Part shown: piece by piece, positions 60,007-64,000 of the stretch
How positions within the stretch are numbered: the stretch's first letter is position 1
Layout of the letters: each line of letters opens with the position of its first letter
From: Candidatus Latescibacterota bacterium
GTDB taxonomy: Bacteria > Latescibacterota > UBA2968 > UBA8231
DNA length: 64,000 bases
Reading direction: 5' to 3'
Assembly: GCA_965248265.1 (NCBI GenBank)
Contig: CBDFJF010000001.1
Coordinates: forward strand, 2,496,001-2,560,000
Position numbers and translations under genes: made by a program
Notes under the pieces: model-generated
The model's input: only the letters and a program-made list of their open reading frames with translations
Told to the model about the DNA's origin: nothing
Database searches by the model: none

Positions 60007-60522
60007 TCAGTCGCCCGACTGCTTGTGAGTCGTCCTTCTCAAGTCGGAGAAGAACCCCCGCAAGAGCTCCCCGCATTCCTGTTCCATGACGCCCGCCGCC
60101 ACTTCGCAGCTATGGTTCAACCTGGGATCCTGCACAAGATTGCGGAGGGAGCCGCAGGCGCCTGTTTTTGGATCGAAAGCTCCGAATACCAGACGCGACA
60201 ATCTGGCAAGTACGATCGCCCCGGCGCACATGGCACAGGGTTCGAGCGTCACGTAGAGTGTAGCGCCGGTCAAATGGCGTGAACCTGTCCGGGTTGCGGC
60301 CTGTCGAATCGCCACCATCTCGGCGTGGGCGGTAGGGTCTTGCGACATCTCCGTCGCGTTCGAACCAGATCCCACGACGATCCCATCCTGGACTACGACT
60401 GCGCCTACTGGCACCTCGCGGGCTGTCTCCGCTGCCCTCGCCTCGGCCAGCGCCAGTCGCATGCCGTGGAGCTCGCTGGTGACCGCTTCGACTGCCTCGA
60501 CGTCAGCGGATGCCTCTACCGT
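60007..60522 (-). CDS. tadA: tRNA adenosine(34) deaminase
   Basis: 'EVPVGAVVV', 'AHAEM', 'TLEPCAMCAGA' and 'DPKTGA' motifs. Start is uncertain, probably downstream of the ORF-track TTG at 60621. Confidence 0.92.
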   Translation of the reverse strand, partial: TVEASADVEAVEAVTSELHGMRLALAEARAAETAREVPVGAVVVQDGIVVGSGSNATEMSQDPTAHAEMVAIRQAATRTGSRHLTGATLYVTLEPCAMCAGAIVLARLSRLVFGAFDPKTGACGSLRNLVQDPRLNHSCEVAAGVMEQECGELLRGFFSDLRRTTHKQSGD

Positions 60523-60592
60523 GTCGGTACGGGTGCTACTCCTGTGTACAGGGGAGTCCAATCCGCTCGATCTTCCCTTCAAAAGTGGTCTA

Positions 60593-60621
60593 AATATAAC
60601 GGGCTGTGATAGTACGAACAA
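60593..60621 (-). promoter_or_regulatory. putative sigma70-type promoter for tadA/tRNA cluster
   Basis: Minus strand TTGTTC-N17-TATATT. Confidence 0.4.
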
Positions 60622-60635
60622 GACGGATCAAGCGC

Positions 60636-61064
60636 TCAGAACTGCCGCTCGAAGTGCTCATTGGGCAACAGCGGTGTCTCCCGGCGAATCCAGTATGATT
60701 CCGATGAATTCGAGGCGTTTCGAGATTCGCGTTCGAGTGGATCACGCCGAAAGAGGCGCATGACCAGACCGATTGGAGTGAAAACCACGTAGAACACGAG
60801 GGCCAAAAGCAGGTGACTGTTGACGAAGCCCAGGAATCCGCCAATGACCATCCAGACTTTGTAGAACGGCAGCAGAGCGCGCTTCCAGGTGAGGGCTGCG
60901 AGGCTGAAAACGGCTGCTGCCGAGATCAGCCGCAGCGCCAGATCTTGAGAGCCCTTGTACCATGCAAGCCCTGCCAGCAGCGTCGCTGCCACGGCCATGA
61001 TCAAGCCGAATTTACTTAGCTCGCCGTCCGTGGGCGATGCGACCAACCAGAATCTGGCGTTCAC
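60636..61064 (-). CDS. SxtJ-family membrane protein
   Basis: 'LSKFG', 'WM..G..LG.VNS', 'FTPIGLVMR..RDPL', 'SYWI' and 'FERQF' motifs. Confidence 0.85.
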   Translation of the reverse strand: MNARFWLVASPTDGELSKFGLIMAVAATLLAGLAWYKGSQDLALRLISAAAVFSLAALTWKRALLPFYKVWMVIGGFLGFVNSHLLLALVFYVVFTPIGLVMRLFRRDPLERESRNASNSSESYWIRRETPLLPNEHFERQF

Positions 61065-61092
61065 GGCTGCCGTTCCACGAATGGGGGAGGGC

Positions 61093-62922
61093 TTAGTCCA
61101 GCTCGAACTCTTCCTGCCATTTTCCGTCTTCCTCCCAGCTGGGCTGGTCCTGCTTGTTCAACAGGAAGTTCCCCAATACGAGGCAGTCCATCTCGGTGCG
61201 CATGAAGCAACGATAGGCGTCCTCGAGGGTGTTGACGATCGGCTCCCCCCGGACGTTGAAAGAAGTGTTGACGACGAGGGGACAGCCGGTGAGGCTGTTG
61301 AAGGCCTGAATCAGGTCGTAGTACATAGGGTTGTCCTGCCGCGAAACCGTCTGGATTCGAGCCGAGTAGTCGACGTGGGTGACGGCCGGAATGCTCGACC
61401 GCGGAACGTTCAGCTTGTCGATGCCAAAAAGGGCGTTCTCGGTCTCACTCATGGCAACCTGATGGTTCTCGTTGACCTGGGCAACCTGCAGCATGTAAGG
61501 AGAGTCGTCGTCGAGCTCGAAGTACTCACGCACGTGCTCGCGCAGAACGCTGGGGGCGAACGGACGGAAGCTCTCCCGGAACTTGATTTTCAAGTTCATC
61601 TGTGACTGCATCTGGGACGAGCGCGGATCCCCAAGTATGCTGCGCCCACCCAGCGCCCGCGGCCCGAATTCCATGCGGCCGTGAAACCAACCCAACACCT
61701 TGCCCTCACTCAGGGCCTGCGCCGCCTGCAAGGGCAGTTGCTCGTCACTCAACGCCTCGCCCACGGCTCCCGTCTGATCGAGGTACTCACGGATCTCGAC
61801 CTCTCCGTATTCGGGTCCCAGCAGTGCCGCACTCATTGCATCCCGGCTATCCTCTTCTGCGACGATCCTCTCGTTGCCGTGATAGCGGTACCAGACCGAC
61901 AGGGCAGCCCCGACCGCGCCACCGGCGTCGCCAGCGGCCGGTTGGATCCACATGCGTTCGAATGGCCCGTCCCGCAGTATGCGGCCGTTGCCGACGCAAT
62001 TGAGAGCCACACCCCCCGCCATGCACAGATTGCGGTACCCAGTCTCCGCGTGGACGGTGCGGGCCATACGCAGCATGGCTTCTTCCGTTACCCACTGACA
62101 GGATCGTGCGATGTCCATCTCACGTTGCGTCAACGGTGTTTCCGGTTTCCGAGCCGGACCGTCCAGGAGCTCCGCCATGTGACGGGAGGTCATCGTCAAC
62201 CCGGACAGGTAATTGAAGTACTTCATATTGAGACGGAACGAGCCGTCCTCTTTGAGATCTACAACCTCCTCAAGAATGCGATCCACGTACTTGGGCTCGC
62301 CGTAGGGTGCCAGCCCCATGACCTTGTATTCGCCCGAGTTGGGCTTGAAGCCGGTGAAATAGGTGAAGGCGGTGTAGAGCAGGCCCAGCGAATGAGGAAA
62401 CTTGATCTCGGCCAGTGTGTGAATATCGGCGCCAGATCCATAGCCAAAACTCGTCGTCGTCCACTCGCCGACCCCGTCCAACGTCAGAATCGCCGCTTCC
62501 CGGAAAGGGGACGGATAGAACGCGCTGGCGGCATGTGATTCGTGGTGCTCGCCGAACAAGACCTGCACGTCTTCGCCGAGCTCTTTTTGGATCAGCTGCG
62601 GGATCCACAGCTTTTTCTTCAGCCACACCGCCATCGATTTCCAGAACAAGCGCAGACCGAGAGGAGCCGTGGACAGGTGCGTTTCGAGCAAGCGCTCGAA
62701 GGTGAGCAAGGGCTTGTCGTAGAACGCGACGCATGTCAGATCCTTTGCACCGATGCCGGCCTGTTGCATGCAGAATTGCACTGCGTTCGCCGGAAACGCG
62801 GGATCGTGCTTTATGCGGGTGAAGCGTTCTTCCTGTGCGGCGGCTACGATTTCGCCATCGCGAACCAGGCACGCAGCGCTGTCGTGGTAGAATGCGGAAA
62901 TACCGAGGATGTAGGTGGCCAT
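61093..62922 (-). CDS. NodU/CmcH-family carbamoyltransferase
   Basis: 'ILGISAFYHDSAA', 'EERFTRIKH', 'HHESHAASAF', 'GGVALN', 'EFGPRALG' and 'NTSFNVRGEP'. ATG at 62922. Confidence 0.93.
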   Translation of the reverse strand: MATYILGISAFYHDSAACLVRDGEIVAAAQEERFTRIKHDPAFPANAVQFCMQQAGIGAKDLTCVAFYDKPLLTFERLLETHLSTAPLGLRLFWKSMAVWLKKKLWIPQLIQKELGEDVQVLFGEHHESHAASAFYPSPFREAAILTLDGVGEWTTTSFGYGSGADIHTLAEIKFPHSLGLLYTAFTYFTGFKPNSGEYKVMGLAPYGEPKYVDRILEEVVDLKEDGSFRLNMKYFNYLSGLTMTSRHMAELLDGPARKPETPLTQREMDIARSCQWVTEEAMLRMARTVHAETGYRNLCMAGGVALNCVGNGRILRDGPFERMWIQPAAGDAGGAVGAALSVWYRYHGNERIVAEEDSRDAMSAALLGPEYGEVEIREYLDQTGAVGEALSDEQLPLQAAQALSEGKVLGWFHGRMEFGPRALGGRSILGDPRSSQMQSQMNLKIKFRESFRPFAPSVLREHVREYFELDDDSPYMLQVAQVNENHQVAMSETENALFGIDKLNVPRSSIPAVTHVDYSARIQTVSRQDNPMYYDLIQAFNSLTGCPLVVNTSFNVRGEPIVNTLEDAYRCFMRTEMDCLVLGNFLLNKQDQPSWEEDGKWQEEFELD

Positions 62923-63027
62923 CGTGCTTGCGTCGTCCCACTCTTGACGATGTGCGGCGCACCCGTCATACTTTTTTCGTTCGAAGAAACGATCAATGCC
63001 GAATAAAAATAACACCATACGGCGATA

Positions 63028-64000
63028 ATGACTATACCCGCAGATTCGGCCCTGGGTACCCTCACGACCGGCCAGATCCTGACCGTTCAGGATCAGTTCG
63101 GGACCCCCGCCTTCGTCTACGATCAGCTCACGCTGGAGCGACGAGCGCATGATGTTCTGGGTTTCCCCAACCCATTCGGGCTAACCGTTCGCTACGCCAT
63201 GAAGGCGTGTCCAAATGCCGCTGTCATCCGCGTCCTCACCAACGCCGGACTGCAGATCGATGCCAGCAGTGCTTTTGAAGCCCGCCGGGCCATTGCCGCT
63301 GGGGTCGATCCTTCACACATCCTGCTGACGGCGCAGGAGCTGGCACCCGACTTTTCGACCCTCGTTAGTCAGGGCGTACGCTTCAACGCCTGTTCACTGG
63401 GACAGTTGCGCGCCTTCGGCGAGGCATTCCCCGGGCGTGAAGTGGGCGTCCGCTTCAACCCGGGCCTTGGTTCGGGACACAGCCGCCGCACCAATGTCGG
63501 CGGACCGTCGGCAAGTTTCGGGATCTGGCATGACCATCTTGAGCGTGTGATCGATCTGCAGCGGAAGTATGATATCCAGATCACCTTGCTACACAGTCAC
63601 ATTGGTTCTGGTAGCGATCCGGCCGTGTGGCAACGCTGTGCCGGCCTCACCCTGGCAATCGTCGAGCGCTTCCCATCGGTGACGACGGTCAATCTAGGCG
63701 GCGGTTACAAAGTCGCCCGGGTTGCTGGAGAAGAGGCGACGGACCTGACCCTTGCGGGAGCGCCTGTCGCCGCTGCCCTCGAGGAATTCGATCGACGGTG
63801 CGGTCGTCAGCTGAGGCTCGAGATCGAACCGGGGACATTTCTGGTTGCCAACGCGGGCACCATCGTATCCACGGTCACGGACGTCGTCGACACGGGAAAA
63901 GAGGGGTTCTCCTTCATCAAGGTCGATGCAGGCATGACGGAGATCCTGCGACCCAGCATGTATGGCGCCCAGCACCCGATCGCGGTGGTTCCACGCATCG
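63028..64000 (+). CDS. lysA: diaminopimelate decarboxylase (3'-truncated by window edge; absent from the ORF track)
   Basis: Manual translation gives 'FGTPAFVYD', 'YAMKACPN', 'DASS', 'SFGI', 'HSHIGSG', 'NLGGG' and 'EPGTFLV'. Confidence 0.9.
   Translation, partial: MTIPADSALGTLTTGQILTVQDQFGTPAFVYDQLTLERRAHDVLGFPNPFGLTVRYAMKACPNAAVIRVLTNAGLQIDASSAFEARRAIAAGVDPSHILLTAQELAPDFSTLVSQGVRFNACSLGQLRAFGEAFPGREVGVRFNPGLGSGHSRRTNVGGPSASFGIWHDHLERVIDLQRKYDIQITLLHSHIGSGSDPAVWQRCAGLTLAIVERFPSVTTVNLGGGYKVARVAGEEATDLTLAGAPVAAALEEFDRRCGRQLRLEIEPGTFLVANAGTIVSTVTDVVDTGKEGFSFIKVDAGMTEILRPSMYGAQHPIAVVPRI

Noticed and set aside
60636-62922. Saxitoxin biosynthesis cluster (sxtI/sxtJ)
   Set aside because: No sxtA, sxtG or other core genes are present, and this gene pair is widespread outside toxin producers.

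Overview
GC-rich bacterial chromosomal window, mostly on the minus strand. It most likely comes from an FCB-superphylum organism such as Ca. Latescibacterota; this is inferred from a PorX-like regulator next to tsaE, the FadL/YjbH/DUF5723-like barrels and a C-terminal 'STWASVK' tail. Housekeeping content includes tsaE, tal-zwf-kdsC, glyA, hemH, degP, clpB, metK-ptsI-ptsH, alaS-recX-recA-pgpA-pgsA-recR-dnaX, a large-type SRP RNA, three tRNAs, tadA and lysA. No integrase, transposase or CRISPR array was seen. The best candidate for an undescribed system is the operon at 27.8-35.4 kb. It pairs two exported atypical-kinase-fold proteins with two POTRA-less Omp85-type barrels and a TLC/NTT-family (ATP/ADP translocase-like) carrier, which suggests ATP-fed phosphorylation outside the cytoplasm. 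Other notable items are a Rieske/cytochrome b/pentaheme module headed by a temptin-like monoheme protein, a structured candidate sRNA with GGA loops, a sigma54-driven ClpB without its N-domain, and two 38-bp-period tandem repeats at gene 3' ends. All family assignments come from reading motifs by eye; no database searches were run.
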